Part shown: piece after piece, positions 18,696-26,316 of the stretch
How positions within the stretch are numbered: position 1 is the first letter of the stretch
Layout of the letters: each line of letters starts with the position of its first letter
IMG/VR virus record: IMGVR_UViG_3300030397_001150
Location: 1-32,949 of that record
Length of the DNA stretch: 32,949 bases
Strand: one strand, 5' to 3'
Source of the DNA: a virus
Lineage: Duplodnaviria > Caudoviricetes
Translations under genes and position numbers: made by a program
Notes under the pieces: generated by a model
What the model was told of the DNA's origin: nothing
Database searches by the model: none
The model's input: only the letters and a program-made list of their open reading frames with translations

Positions 18696-19055
18696 ATGAA
18701 ACACAGCGAATTTAATCCTCACCTGGTCGAGCTACAACAGCAGACCTCCCAACTCAACCTTCTTTATGTCGCATGGTTCCGGGCAAATCACGCCATGGAA
18801 TGTCCCTACTGCAGGACCAGTCTCTACGGGAAAACCCGTAGCAAGGACTACATGGTTTCCCTGGATTGGCTTCGAGAAAGATTCTCTCACAAATTCCGCT
18901 CGATCTTCTGCGCATGGAATACCCTCAAGATATGTGAGGACTGCAAGAAGATGAAAGGCAATCTCTCCCTGGTCGAATGGCGAAACTCCCTCGATGCGGA
19001 AGCGAATCCGCATATCGTTTCTAATCTCAATCAACTTATTATTCAGAAATCATGA
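18696..19055 (+). CDS. HNH-fold zinc-binding protein with degenerate active site
   Basis: CPYC...SKDYMVS...WNTLKICEDCKKMKG; likely ATG at 18696 (in-frame upstream ATGs at 18495 and 18510 run through the RNA element). Confidence 0.65.
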   Translation: MKHSEFNPHLVELQQQTSQLNLLYVAWFRANHAMECPYCRTSLYGKTRSKDYMVSLDWLRERFSHKFRSIFCAWNTLKICEDCKKMKGNLSLVEWRNSLDAEANPHIVSNLNQLIIQKS

Positions 19056-19696
19056 CTACAGAACATTTAACCAACACTCCCATTCCTGCTGAAACAGTAG
19101 AATTTTATGGACATGATATTTTTGTCTGTATGGTCGAAGAAAAGCCACATGTCTTAATCAAATCGATATGTGATGCTATTGGAATCAACCCCGATTCGGC
19201 AGTTCGGGGTCTAAAAAACGACGATATTTTGGGGGCCGAACACACCGTACGGTACGTTAGGGTACCCTCTGGACAAGTAAATAAGTTCGCCGTCCTGCCC
19301 ACTGAGTATGTTCAGGGGTGGCTTTTTTCCATCTCAACATCGAAAGTAAAACCGGAAATTGTTCCTGAATTGTTGCGATTCAAAAGGGAGTGTTATTCCG
19401 CATTGACAGACTATTTTTCTGGGAATGTCGCCAAGCATAGAAAGATAACAGAGATGGAGAAAGCTTTGGTCAGTGAAAATAGGAGTATCGATCAGGCTGT
19501 CAGGTTCTTGAAATCTCGGTTCAACTTCAACAAGAACACAATTGAAGACATTCGGGAACAGAGATTTGTTGCCTATAGACTCTTTGAAGACTTGGAGACA
19601 AAAGACGACAAGCTCAAGGAGATATTTGCTATGGTTGAGAGGATGCAGTCAGAACCCCATCCGGGTTTGAATTTTTTGGATTCCATCAATAATTAA
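19052..19696 (+). CDS. ant: Phage antirepressor (P22 Ant N-terminal domain)
   Basis: VEFYGHDI...PHVLIKSICDAIGI...LPTEYVQGWLFSISTSKVKPE...FKRECYSALTDYF is the P22_AR_N pattern. Confidence 0.85.
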   Translation: MTTEHLTNTPIPAETVEFYGHDIFVCMVEEKPHVLIKSICDAIGINPDSAVRGLKNDDILGAEHTVRYVRVPSGQVNKFAVLPTEYVQGWLFSISTSKVKPEIVPELLRFKRECYSALTDYFSGNVAKHRKITEMEKALVSENRSIDQAVRFLKSRFNFNKNTIEDIREQRFVAYRLFEDLETKDDKLKEIFAMVERMQSEPHPGLNFLDSINN

Positions 19697-19700
19697 GACC

Positions 19701-19734
19701 ATGGGAGTGGGTCGTCTTTGTGGCTCACTCCCAT
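19701..19734 (+). terminator. Strong hairpin after antirepressor (terminator or processing site)
   Basis: ATGGGAGTGGGTC...GGCTCACTCCCAT 13-bp stem with G-U pairs; no clear T run. Confidence 0.45.
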
Positions 19735-19762
19735 ATTAAAAACCCGTCCCATAACGGATTTT

Positions 19763-19909
19763 ATGGGACAGAAAAGCATGGAGGAATTTAGTCTAAAAAA
19801 ATACCTTGTCTCAAAAATCTACCTTGAAAAGAGATCTAAAATCCCATGGTGGAAATTTTGGGAGATAAGAAAATTAAATAAGTGGTTCAAAGAAGAATTC
19901 GAAGATTAA
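19763..19909 (+). CDS. Small basic protein with PWWKFW motif
   Basis: MGQKSMEEFSLKKYL...IPWWKFWE...; start uncertain (19763 or 19778). Confidence 0.5.
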   Translation: MGQKSMEEFSLKKYLVSKIYLEKRSKIPWWKFWEIRKLNKWFKEEFED

Positions 19910-19931
19910 AACAGATAAATTCAAACGAGCA

Positions 19932-20375
19932 ATGAAAAATAAGACAATCACAAGAAAAAAGCCCGACACCTTGCCGCCGTCAACCCGAAAGAGATCTAGT
20001 ACAAAAAAATCAATTTCTGATCATGTTGAGGAATGCAAAGTAAATGCAATTGAAAAGGGGTTCTATGATCATTTCAATTTGTATCAGCAACTATTGATGA
20101 TTCATGGAGAGGTTTCCGAGGCATTAGAAGCTGACAGAGAAAAGCCTTTTTATTCAGATTATGACATGCATGTTATTAATGGCTGGAAACAAGATGAGGA
20201 TTTTATATATGATTTTAAGAAAAAAATCAAGGGGACATTTCAGGAAGAAATGGCCGATATAGTCTTACGAGTAATGACTATTTGTGGAAAGTTAGACATT
20301 GATCTCGAAGGCCATATTGAAGCAAAAAAGAGATATAATTCACTCAGAAAATACAAACATGGGAAGCGGTATTGA
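19932..20375 (+). CDS. MazG-like nucleotide pyrophosphohydrolase
   Basis: LMIHGEVSEALEADR...EEMADIVLR...DIDLEGHIEAKKRYN: ExxE...ExxD all-alpha NTP-PPase motif. Confidence 0.85.
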   Translation: MKNKTITRKKPDTLPPSTRKRSSTKKSISDHVEECKVNAIEKGFYDHFNLYQQLLMIHGEVSEALEADREKPFYSDYDMHVINGWKQDEDFIYDFKKKIKGTFQEEMADIVLRVMTICGKLDIDLEGHIEAKKRYNSLRKYKHGKRY

Positions 20376-20423
20376 CTCCCGATAAATTATTTGTACCCGT
20401 TGGGTACTCAAAATCAAATAGTT

Positions 20424-20756
20424 ATGAAACGAATTAACATTAATAATCAAGTATTTGAAGCAAATGATTGGGGCGAAATGATTGACAAAATCCAAAATGA
20501 TGGTGGATATGGATACACCCAATCAATTGTTTTTTGTGAGATCGGGAGCCTATACGATCGAACCTACAACAAAGAACTTTCATTGAAACTCAATCAAGGG
20601 AATGGTGATCTTGCAATTTCCCAGTTTCAGGACACAAGGATAAAGAAAGGATCAAAGAGAGTGGTTTTTAAATTCGATCTTGACCAGCCACTTCCCATGT
20701 CAGAAGAAGAAATTTCAGAGAAGATTCAAAAGGAATGGGGCTACAAGCTCCGATAA
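20424..20756 (+). CDS. Cassette gene 1, hypothetical
   Basis: MKRININNQVFEAND...; ends CGA-TAA inside the junction site. Confidence 0.75.
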   Translation: MKRININNQVFEANDWGEMIDKIQNDGGYGYTQSIVFCEIGSLYDRTYNKELSLKLNQGNGDLAISQFQDTRIKKGSKRVVFKFDLDQPLPMSEEEISEKIQKEWGYKLR

Positions 20757-20772
20757 ATTATTAATCTCAGTC

Positions 20773-20946
20773 ATGGCACGAAAAACAACAACAGAAAAGA
20801 CTTGCCATTGTCATACGTGCGATAAAGATTTCCATTATTTAGGAATTAATAGGCATAGAGCTATGCATCGAGACAAAAAAGAGGATTGCAAAATTACCTA
20901 CACATACGGAGATACTTACGAATTCAAGTTTTCGAGTCTCCGATAA
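20773..20946 (+). CDS. Cassette gene 2, small C2H2-like zinc-finger protein
   Basis: CHTC...HRAMH; ends CGA-TAA inside the site. Confidence 0.7.
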   Translation: MARKTTTEKTCHCHTCDKDFHYLGINRHRAMHRDKKEDCKITYTYGDTYEFKFSSLR

Positions 20947-20957
20947 ATTATTTTGAT

Positions 20958-21293
20958 ATGGAATTCATAAATATAGCAGACTTAACCAACCCTGAAACCG
21001 GGAAAACTTACCGACAGGAAAACCGAGAAAACGTGCATAACATCCCATTGGGTACACTTGTAGAAACTTTTGATGGTTTGCGCCTTTGGGTTGTTCGACA
21101 CGATAGAGATTGTGATGAAACGCCATTGTATTCACTCTCATTTAAAAAAGATTGGAAAGAAATGGAAAACTACCCGTTTCACAATCAGCCTAACTCCCCT
21201 ATTTTTCCAGGCAAACTTATATCCAGAGCAGAATTGAGTTCTGGATATGGAGAAGATTCTTTAACTGTAATCAATCGGGAGGAAACCCGATAA
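20958..21293 (+). CDS. Cassette gene 3, hypothetical phage protein
   Basis: MEFINIADL...HNIPLGTLVE...RDCDETPLYSL; ends CGA-TAA inside the site. Confidence 0.75.
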   Translation: MEFINIADLTNPETGKTYRQENRENVHNIPLGTLVETFDGLRLWVVRHDRDCDETPLYSLSFKKDWKEMENYPFHNQPNSPIFPGKLISRAELSSGYGEDSLTVINREETR

Positions 21294-21306
21294 ATTTTTC
21301 TAACCT

Positions 21307-21537
21307 ATGGAAACCCTAAAAATCACAGAATTAGACCTGCTTTTACTCCGTTTGATGGAAAAGCATTTCGTACAACGATCTCCCGAAACCGGATCAATTT
21401 GGGTAAGAGTTTGTCAGCAAGAATATGACGTTACAAAGCCCTATTTTGATAATGATTTCCTTGCGTTAGGCTATCATTGTATCCATACCGAGGAAGACAA
21501 TAATACAGATATGGAATTTGTTTACGAGGCGATTTGA
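21307..21537 (+). CDS. Cassette gene 4, hypothetical
   Basis: 76 aa between two sites. Confidence 0.7.
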   Translation: METLKITELDLLLLRLMEKHFVQRSPETGSIWVRVCQQEYDVTKPYFDNDFLALGYHCIHTEEDNNTDMEFVYEAI

Positions 21538-21565
21538 TGGCCGATAAATTCAAAATATTAAAATC

Positions 21566-21865
21566 ATGGTAGAAATAATCAAGTTAAAGGACGTGAGAGA
21601 GGGAGACATTCTCCTTATCGATGACTTAAATGACAACGATACATGTATCGTAACAGCCGGGAAAGTTGACAATGATGACATGTCGATTTTTATGCCCGAA
21701 ACAGGATTTTACTATTACCCAAACAATCCTAATCAAATCGTAAGAGTCGGAAATTTTGCCCACAAGGATGAGTCGAGGAACCTAATATGTTATGCGGAGA
21801 ACTTTACAATATTTCTGCATCTAAATGGAAGCATAGTTAAGTCAAAAATAGTAGAAACGGCATAG
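21566..21865 (+). CDS. Cassette gene 5, hypothetical (beta-rich)
   Basis: 99 aa; TAG abuts the next site. Confidence 0.7.
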   Translation: MVEIIKLKDVREGDILLIDDLNDNDTCIVTAGKVDNDDMSIFMPETGFYYYPNNPNQIVRVGNFAHKDESRNLICYAENFTIFLHLNGSIVKSKIVETA

Positions 21866-21885
21866 CCGATAAATTTTTCTAACCT

Positions 21886-22014
21886 ATGCCGTGGCTTAAA
21901 CCAAAAAATATCATTGCATCCTTTCAGCTAATTATCCTTGTAATTATAGCCAGGAACTTACAGGACATACTATCTATCCTAAAGAAGATTCTAATCATTT
22001 TAGAAGTTCGATAA
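21886..22014 (+). CDS. Cassette gene 6, 42-aa hydrophobic peptide (not in ORF track)
   Basis: MPWLKPKNIIASFQLIILVIIARNLQDILSILKKILIILEVR; ends CGA-TAA in the site. Confidence 0.65.
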   Translation: MPWLKPKNIIASFQLIILVIIARNLQDILSILKKILIILEVR

Positions 22015-22023
22015 ATTATTCAC

Positions 22024-22176
22024 ATGAGCAATCAGGATAAAATACTACTTGCTGGATATGCATTCGTGGCTCTTGTTCTGGCTTTGGGGCAAGAATGGGG
22101 GATGCTAGGAGCCTTGCTAATTGGGCTAAGTATGGGTGCTATAATTGCTAGGTGGTCGGACAAATACAAACGATAA
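22024..22176 (+). CDS. Cassette gene 7, 50-aa two-helix membrane peptide (not in ORF track)
   Basis: MSNQDKILLAGYAFVALVLALGQEWGMLGALLIGLSMGAIIARWSDKYKR; ends CGA-TAA in the site. Confidence 0.7.
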   Translation: MSNQDKILLAGYAFVALVLALGQEWGMLGALLIGLSMGAIIARWSDKYKR

Positions 22177-22191
22177 ACTATATCTGAAATC

Positions 22192-22479
22192 ATGACAAAA
22201 GAGCAAATATCTAAACTAATCGAATCCAGGTTAGGATTTACAAATGGATGGAGTATTCCCCGGAAGGACTACAAAAAGACTTGCGATGAAATTGCCCTGG
22301 AAATCATGTCAAAGCTAGGTACATATCATATACCAGTTGTCCCTTATCAGGCTTGCCCAATTTGTAATGGATCAGGCGAAATAGTTGCGGATGGGTTTAC
22401 CTCTGGAATTATGCAAGCCTGTTCAGTTTGCCATGGTGAGAAAATTATCCCTATGTGTGTTATTAAACAAGAGGATTGA
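22192..22479 (+). CDS. Cassette gene 8, DnaJ-type zinc-finger protein
   Basis: CPICNGSG and CSVCHGEK (CxxCxGxG-like) repeats. Confidence 0.75.
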   Translation: MTKEQISKLIESRLGFTNGWSIPRKDYKKTCDEIALEIMSKLGTYHIPVVPYQACPICNGSGEIVADGFTSGIMQACSVCHGEKIIPMCVIKQED

Positions 22480-22518
22480 ACTCCCGATAAATTATTTTGA
22501 CCTAAAACACTAGACTAT

Positions 22519-23442
22519 ATGAACAGAAGAATAGCTACCAAAAAAGAGATTGCCCAAATCAAAAATGCGATCAAGCATAAATCAGCAAAGAACACAAACA
22601 GGTCTTATCATACAGGTCTGTCTCAGTTTAGAGACTTTTGCTTTGCAAGGGGCATAGATATGGAGAACGCAACCCCAGAGATCGTTTGTCTCTGGGTTAA
22701 TAAAATGAACAATTCTGGCAAAAAGATCTCCACTATTAGGACGAGATTATCTGCTATTTCTGGTTACTTTTCAGATATAGGCATAGAATCACCTACAAGA
22801 AACAAGATGGTTAGAGATATGCTCCAAGGGCTTACTAGGATGAATTTTGAGGGAAATATCCTGACTCAACCAATAACAATTAAACAATTGACAAAATCTT
22901 GTGAGAGACTTTATCAAAAAAGAGACAATCTGTCTATCCTGGAAAGAGCCATATTAGTTTTGGGCTTTTTTGGGGCATTTCGAGTCATGGAGTTAGCATC
23001 TGTAAAAATAGATCACATCCACATTGAAAAAGAGAGATTCACTGTTAGAATTGAGAAATCAAAGGATCTGAAAGTTGGACAAGTTAATGTGAAAGCATTT
23101 ACTAGAAAAACACCTGATTCAATTTGCCCGATCTCTGCTTTGAATGATCTGCTTTCCATTCGTCCAAATGATTATGAGTTCCTTTTTCCAACTGTATACA
23201 AGTCCTGTGAAGTGGTAAAATCAAAACTTCAACGTAAGTATGTAACAGAATTGATAAAAAGGGAATTTGGCAAAAAATATTCTTCTCATTCTCTTCGTGT
23301 TGGCTTTGTTACTGAAGCAAGGAGAAGGAATGCAACAACACTAGAAATCCAGAATCAGACAGGCCACAAGGTCCCCAATATGGTGGATCATTACACAAGG
23401 TATATTGATGCTTTTGAGGGGAATGCCATTGATCGATTTTAA
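22519..23442 (+). CDS. Second tyrosine recombinase (Cre/Xer-like, no arm-binding domain)
   Basis: 307 aa; SAM-like N-terminus (STIRTRLSAIS); GFFGAFR, EKSK, HSLR, QTGH and MVDHY give an intact R-K-H-R-H-Y set. Confidence 0.92.
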   Translation: MNRRIATKKEIAQIKNAIKHKSAKNTNRSYHTGLSQFRDFCFARGIDMENATPEIVCLWVNKMNNSGKKISTIRTRLSAISGYFSDIGIESPTRNKMVRDMLQGLTRMNFEGNILTQPITIKQLTKSCERLYQKRDNLSILERAILVLGFFGAFRVMELASVKIDHIHIEKERFTVRIEKSKDLKVGQVNVKAFTRKTPDSICPISALNDLLSIRPNDYEFLFPTVYKSCEVVKSKLQRKYVTELIKREFGKKYSSHSLRVGFVTEARRRNATTLEIQNQTGHKVPNMVDHYTRYIDAFEGNAIDRF

Positions 23443-23467
23443 ATAGGATTTACAAGAAGAAATATGC

Positions 23468-23983
23468 CTACAAACATCCCAATAAATTAGATATAATCGT
23501 ACGCTTCTTCGTCTTTATTTCATGCTCAATAAATCCACCTTCTGTATAGAACCGAATCATCTTTATAGGAGAAGTTGAAATCTGGTCAATCTTTTCTTTT
23601 GAAGTTGAATACGAGGGTTCTACAAACCAAACTACTGATCCACCTGAAATATAGGAGTCAGAAAAAACAGTTTCTACAGCATCCAATTCTATTATTGTTT
23701 CGTTTTCTAAAAGCAACATCAATTTGCTTGCAGACTGAACAGTCATCGTTTTTCCTATCTTAGAGTATCTTAGCTGCAAGAACTTCTCATTCTCCAATTT
23801 CTTTGCTTTGAAAGAGAGAGAATTAAATCCTGCTGGATTTTTCCAAACCACCTTTTCTTTAGTAACTTTTATTTCCTTTTTTGTGAAGGCATCTGTTTTG
23901 TTTATCTCATATCTGCAAGGTTGGCTGAGTGCTACTCCTGAAATTAAGGAAAGTATGAAGGTTGAAATAATGAGTTTTGTCAT
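23468..23983 (-). CDS. Secreted/periplasmic protein, moron-like
   Basis: Signal peptide MTKLIISTFILSLISGVALSQ; lone minus-strand gene convergent with the recombinase. Confidence 0.75.
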   Translation of the reverse strand: MTKLIISTFILSLISGVALSQPCRYEINKTDAFTKKEIKVTKEKVVWKNPAGFNSLSFKAKKLENEKFLQLRYSKIGKTMTVQSASKLMLLLENETIIELDAVETVFSDSYISGGSVVWFVEPSYSTSKEKIDQISTSPIKMIRFYTEGGFIEHEIKTKKRTIISNLLGCL

Positions 23984-24110
23984 AATAATGCTTTTTAGGT
24001 TTGAAAGGTTTGTTTGGGCAAACTACCCAAAAAAATAAAATTTCCGTTCTTGCGCTGATAAAAAAATTCCCTTAAATTAATAATATGTTCAACCCCAGTT
24101 ATGTTTCTGA

Positions 24111-24356
24111 ATGCCTGAAAACACAGAGAGAGATCATCCTCTCACATCGTTCTTCGCTCTATATTCCTCCCAATCAGAAGCTAAGGTTGCCATCCTCGAA
24201 TTGCTGTTGAAAATGTCTGTTGAAATCGGAAAGACACAGCCAGAAGACCCTTTAAAGAGAAGTATTCTCTTGCAAGGGTTGGGAAATCTGGCTGAATCAA
24301 TTTCTGCATGGAACCCAGACAAAGCGTTAACTTCTTCAACGAACAAGCCTGATTAA
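24111..24356 (+). CDS. Hypothetical protein
   Basis: 81 aa, stop codon within a terminator hairpin. Confidence 0.55.
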   Translation: MPENTERDHPLTSFFALYSSQSEAKVAILELLLKMSVEIGKTQPEDPLKRSILLQGLGNLAESISAWNPDKALTSSTNKPD

Positions 24357-24371
24357 TTCAGGCTTTTTTTT
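24345..24371 (+). terminator. Rho-independent terminator
   Basis: AAGCCTGA-ttaat-TCAGGCTT followed by a T run. Confidence 0.8.
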
Positions 24372-24376
24372 GTTGC

Positions 24377-24412
24377 CTGTCCTAACCCTTTCTGCCTGGT
24401 AAATATTGTTTG
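24377..24412 (+). promoter_or_regulatory. Putative late promoter/activator element, copy 5
   Basis: CTGTCCTAA...GTTTG, 35-nt spacing, ATG at 24418, directly after a terminator. Confidence 0.7.
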
Positions 24413-24417
24413 CAGGC

Positions 24418-25152
24418 ATGAATTACAAAGATTACAGAATTGTCTTTCAGAATTTTGTTTTGCAGCCACATACTGGAGTGCAGAGCTTTTCTATCTCTGA
24501 TGATGATCGAGTCTTGACACTTCAGGAAGGCACTGCCTATCCCCAGCTGCAGCTTGATACCCCTACCTATAGACCCATGATAAATCGCGGTTCAATAGGA
24601 AAAAAAATATTTGAGGGACAGGTTGCCATCATCGGCCCCGTGAACAAAGATGACTGGGCGGCTCAGGATCGGCTGCTGGATGACCTTGAGCCTGAAATGG
24701 ATGCCCTAATAAAATACTTGGATTACAACAGGAAACTAGGCTGGGGCACTATTACCAGTATTGGCACAGCATACCCCATAAAACGCTGGGAGGCAGATAA
24801 TCTATGGGGATGGGGAATAGATCTAACGATTGAAGCAAAATTCAATTATTGTCACGAGCCTGATAATGATGTTGAGATCATTCATTTCTTTCCGGAATTC
24901 ACACCAGGTGATGATAAAATCCGGATCAGAGTCAACGCTGTGGAATATGTTGCTGATTGGGAAGAAGATCTGCCTGCAGAAAGAAAGAGAGCTGTTAAGT
25001 CAATTGCAAGTCAGGTCAATTCTGACACTGCCACATCTAACATCAAAGCTGAATCTTTCCTGGAAACTCTCATTCTCATTCACACCTTACCAGGCACATC
25101 CATCCCTTATGAAATAGCCCTGCCTGGTCATCAATGGACTCCAAATGTTTAA
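24418..25152 (+). CDS. Putative tail terminator/completion protein with C-terminal extra domain
   Basis: YPQLQLD and LWGWGIDLTI beta-rich pattern; first gene of the tail block; ATG at 24418 fits the late element. Confidence 0.55.
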   Translation: MNYKDYRIVFQNFVLQPHTGVQSFSISDDDRVLTLQEGTAYPQLQLDTPTYRPMINRGSIGKKIFEGQVAIIGPVNKDDWAAQDRLLDDLEPEMDALIKYLDYNRKLGWGTITSIGTAYPIKRWEADNLWGWGIDLTIEAKFNYCHEPDNDVEIIHFFPEFTPGDDKIRIRVNAVEYVADWEEDLPAERKRAVKSIASQVNSDTATSNIKAESFLETLILIHTLPGTSIPYEIALPGHQWTPNV

Positions 25153-25155
25153 TCC

Positions 25156-26316
25156 ATGGCCATCACAAGTATAACAACACCCAACACTCTTTCAGCTGTC
25201 AGGAATCACATTGTGGTTGAAGCACTGGCAGATTCCCTCTGGGCTACTTATGGCCGGTATGAAATCAAAATAGTGGTTGAATGGGAAGATGGTCTTTTCA
25301 GCACGAACTGGGAAACAATAGACGCAGAAATATCAGCTATTCCGGATGAAAATAACAGGGTATTATTTAATCTTTCTCGATTGCTTAGGCAGCATGTCGA
25401 ATTGGAGAAGCCCAACTTTTCAACAGCTGCAGCTTACAATTTGAGCTCATTGTGTAGAAGGTTTAGATACACTTTGGAAGAATGGATTGATGGTGCCAAA
25501 AACAGCGAAATTGTTTCAACAACCTACTATATGAATCAGGCTGGTTTCGGGCATGTCCTTGGCCAGAATATGGATCAGTGGGTTTCAAATGGAAAATTCC
25601 TAACCCATCAGCCACGAACAAAAAGAGTGAGTGCTTTCCAGCCTGAGCTCCTTTATTTTCAAGTCCCTTCTGCAGCTGCAGGCACTCAAAGCATTACGGT
25701 TGACATCACCCATACAAATGGCAGCCAAACAACTGGAGTTAACCCAGGCATAAGCTCCGGAGCCAGTTCTTTTGATGTTGTTGTTTTTCCTGTGGGTTAT
25801 CAGGCTTTAGGCCTAGATGCTTATGCAGATGTTGCCAGCTGGGAGGTTTATTTGTCAAGCAATATTTCTGAGCGAATGAAATATGAGCTGGACTGTCACT
25901 GCAGCCCTATGGATCGATTTTATTACTTCGCTAACAGTTTGGGAGGATGGGACTGCCTGAGAACCACCGGAGAATTGTCTGTACAGTCTAGTGTTCAGGG
26001 GAAAAACGTAGAGAAGATTCTCAGCCCGTTTTATTTACCTTCTGATCACCAATTTGAAGACTTTGATCTTCAGCAAAGGGATGAAATGACACAATACTCT
26101 GGTCACCTTACCAGAGAAGAATCTTTGTGGCTCAAGGATTTTCTTCGAAGTCCCAGGGGATACAGGGTTGGTGACATATTGCCCAACATGGAAGCAGAAG
26201 GAGATTTAGTGCCCATTATCATGGATAGGGGAAAAACCAAGATTCTTGAAGACAATGAATTTCTATATGGCTTAAAGCTGAAGTACAAAGATGGATTCAA
26301 AAACCAGGGCTTATGA
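25156..26316 (+). CDS. Tail/baseplate structural protein
   Basis: 386 aa with FANSLGGWDCLRTTG and WLKDFLRS motifs, in the tail block. Confidence 0.6.
   Translation: MAITSITTPNTLSAVRNHIVVEALADSLWATYGRYEIKIVVEWEDGLFSTNWETIDAEISAIPDENNRVLFNLSRLLRQHVELEKPNFSTAAAYNLSSLCRRFRYTLEEWIDGAKNSEIVSTTYYMNQAGFGHVLGQNMDQWVSNGKFLTHQPRTKRVSAFQPELLYFQVPSAAAGTQSITVDITHTNGSQTTGVNPGISSGASSFDVVVFPVGYQALGLDAYADVASWEVYLSSNISERMKYELDCHCSPMDRFYYFANSLGGWDCLRTTGELSVQSSVQGKNVEKILSPFYLPSDHQFEDFDLQQRDEMTQYSGHLTREESLWLKDFLRSPRGYRVGDILPNMEAEGDLVPIIMDRGKTKILEDNEFLYGLKLKYKDGFKNQGL

Larger units (their letters stand above)
20375..22497 (+). repeat. Array of nine (C)CGATAAATT junction sites delimiting eight single-gene units
   Basis: 10-mer sites start at 20379, 20750, 20940, 21287, 21541, 21866, 22008, 22170, 22484; CGATAAA invariant; one at every gene junction. 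Confidence 0.9.

Noticed and set aside
20820-20826. Extra CGATAAA inside cassette gene 2, and TTTATCG near 26 and 16099
   Set aside because: Not at gene junctions and lacking the extended consensus; a few chance 7-mer hits are expected in 33 kb.
20375-22497. CRISPR array or classical integron attC array
   Set aside because: Repeats are only about 10 bp, spacers are whole ORFs of 142-371 bp, no cas genes, and no RYYYAAC...GTTRRRY hairpins at the junctions.
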